Source: Laetmonice hystrix
Taxonomy: Eukaryota
Length of the DNA: 64,000 nucleotides
Direction of reading: 5' to 3'
NCBI GenBank assembly: GCA_965235115.1
Contig: OZ249436.1
Location: forward strand, 60,512,001-60,576,000
Positions within the stretch are counted from its first letter, which is position 1. Each line of letters starts with the position of its first letter. A program made the translations under genes and the position numbers. Positions 62,471-64,000 of the stretch are shown here, piece by piece. The notes under the pieces are model-generated. The model was not told where the DNA came from, made no database searches, and saw only the letters and a program-made list of their open reading frames with translations.

Positions 62471-64000
62471 TACAGAAAATACGCGTCGATCATACAATGA
62501 CTGGGCAAAGGTGCTTGTGTGTCCGAGTTGCCTGAACTGAAGGCGATCGTTAACGATTATCACGACCGCTATATTTGCGACATCCCTCAGTTCAAGGTTG
62601 GACATAAAGATTGTGTAAGGATCCCCATGCAGTCGACTCTCCATTTACTATTAATGTATAAATAGACCCGTAGCTTAGGCCTGTCCATCTTATTTGTGTC
62701 ACGTTGACCGTTGTAGCATGACAAACTTCCACAGGTATTGTATCTTACATTTCATGACAAACCCAGGTAAGCCTAGATCTCGGACGGGTGGAAGATGTCG
62801 TAGGCCTCAGATTCATTCGAAAGGTGGGCTACCATATGTTTTGTACTGAAAAGTCTCCCCTTTAACTTTGGTCTTTTTTTGAGAGGGCACAATATTACGT
62901 CCACGATGAAATATATTGGACATACTCCATTTAAGGCACACTTGAATAAGCATGAAGTCGGGTGGCATATGAACAGAAACAAAACCGACGTCCTCAGTAA
63001 ATGCAATCCTTCAGTGTGTAACGAAAGCCTGGTGCCGTCTCGACGATACCTTTCTCATGTCTCATCTTTCATAGCATGTTTAGACAGAGAGAGGCGCCAT
63101 ATTTGACTTGATGAATGAACACACCACATAGAGCAGTCTGGAAGTCTTCCTGTGTGAACCATGTAAAGACCACCTGTGGCTGCTGACAGCACACAGTACA
63201 GGACAGAACCATGACTGTGAAGTTCTGTATTACTGGTGGTATTGCCGACCCGGTGTATTCCAATCATGTATGGCCAGATAGAGAGCCCCTTGGCTACCTT
63301 CAGTGACAGTTGGTGAATCTTGAAGGACTTGGGTCGACTTTCCTGACAGTCAGCCAATCCGACTATAGGTTTTCTAGTTTTCAAGCAGTATTTGAGCCAA
63401 CCAAGAAGATATAAGAGGAGAAAGCGACTTCATGAGGACATGATTAAGTAGTGGGAATGATCCGGATAATAGGCTAGAGCAATGATGAGAACACAAGGGA
63501 ATCCCTCGTTCATGAAAACGGTGGAAGGGCATTGAACTGGCTGTCGCTACACGTTTAGTGCTAGGACAGTCTATGTTAATCAGGATTGAGAAAGTTGAAG
63601 GACGATTAACCCTATACTATGGATAGCATGATTGCAATACTTTGTATGTCTTTGTATGGGTATGGGGTTGTCTTGGCGGTGACGATGAAATAGATACAGT
63701 GTGCCATACTGCTGACTGGGAGATATTCTCATAGGAGCCTTGTCATATTATATCCAGCCTTGTGTCATATGGTGGTGATTTATAAAGTGACGACAGCAAG
63801 CGCCAGTGAGGAGTGACAGGTTCCCCGATGATGTTCGATAGGTTTCATCATTGGCGTGGCTGCAGCTGTACAGTAGGAGAGGTTGGGGTCGGTAGGGCCT
63901 TCTCCATTGATACACATACAGAACTCGGTCCAGGCTCGGTTAGGTTGAGGCATACATAATGCAGTAATGGGTAAGCGGGTGACGGAACAACAGAGGTTGA

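Noticed and set aside
1-64000. CRISPR arrays, rRNA/tRNA genes, prokaryote-type operons
   Set aside because: None were seen. The tandem arrays have no unique spacers and the sequence is spliced eukaryotic DNA.

Overview
Gene-sparse genomic DNA from an animal; a marine invertebrate, probably a lophotrochozoan, is my inference from repeat style and protein similarity. The one gene I can support is a + strand RAPGEF2/RAPGEF6-like PDZ-GEF (C. elegans PXF-1 family). Four phase-compatible coding exons (10305-10388, 51134-51209, 54946-55095, 56659-56886) splice into (C)RGELCTCWYILLSGSVFIDGSMFLPRS-S-FGKRTAGCVRRPNECLILEPSEMIV-IDYPDHQLMKPG...EPA-LPPELQ...DLDLTGLPETLVDSDDEEGYVETSE. I did not find the earlier or later exons in this window. 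A 40,745-bp intron splits the N-terminal cNMP-binding domain. It holds two candidate recursive splice sites (AG|GT), one opening a stop-free in-frame 66-nt cassette exon, plus candidate internal promoters, a 3.7-kb foldback element with modular 1.1-kb inverted arms and a 20-bp minisatellite. Downstream introns hold a palindromic element with a nested insertion (5-bp target-site duplication, TSD), a UGCAUG/AG|GTAAGT cluster next to an acceptor, a 70-bp tandem array and a TTAA-flanked Kolobok-like element. Most ORFs in the supplied track look spurious. Family assignments rest on recalled sequences, not on database searches.
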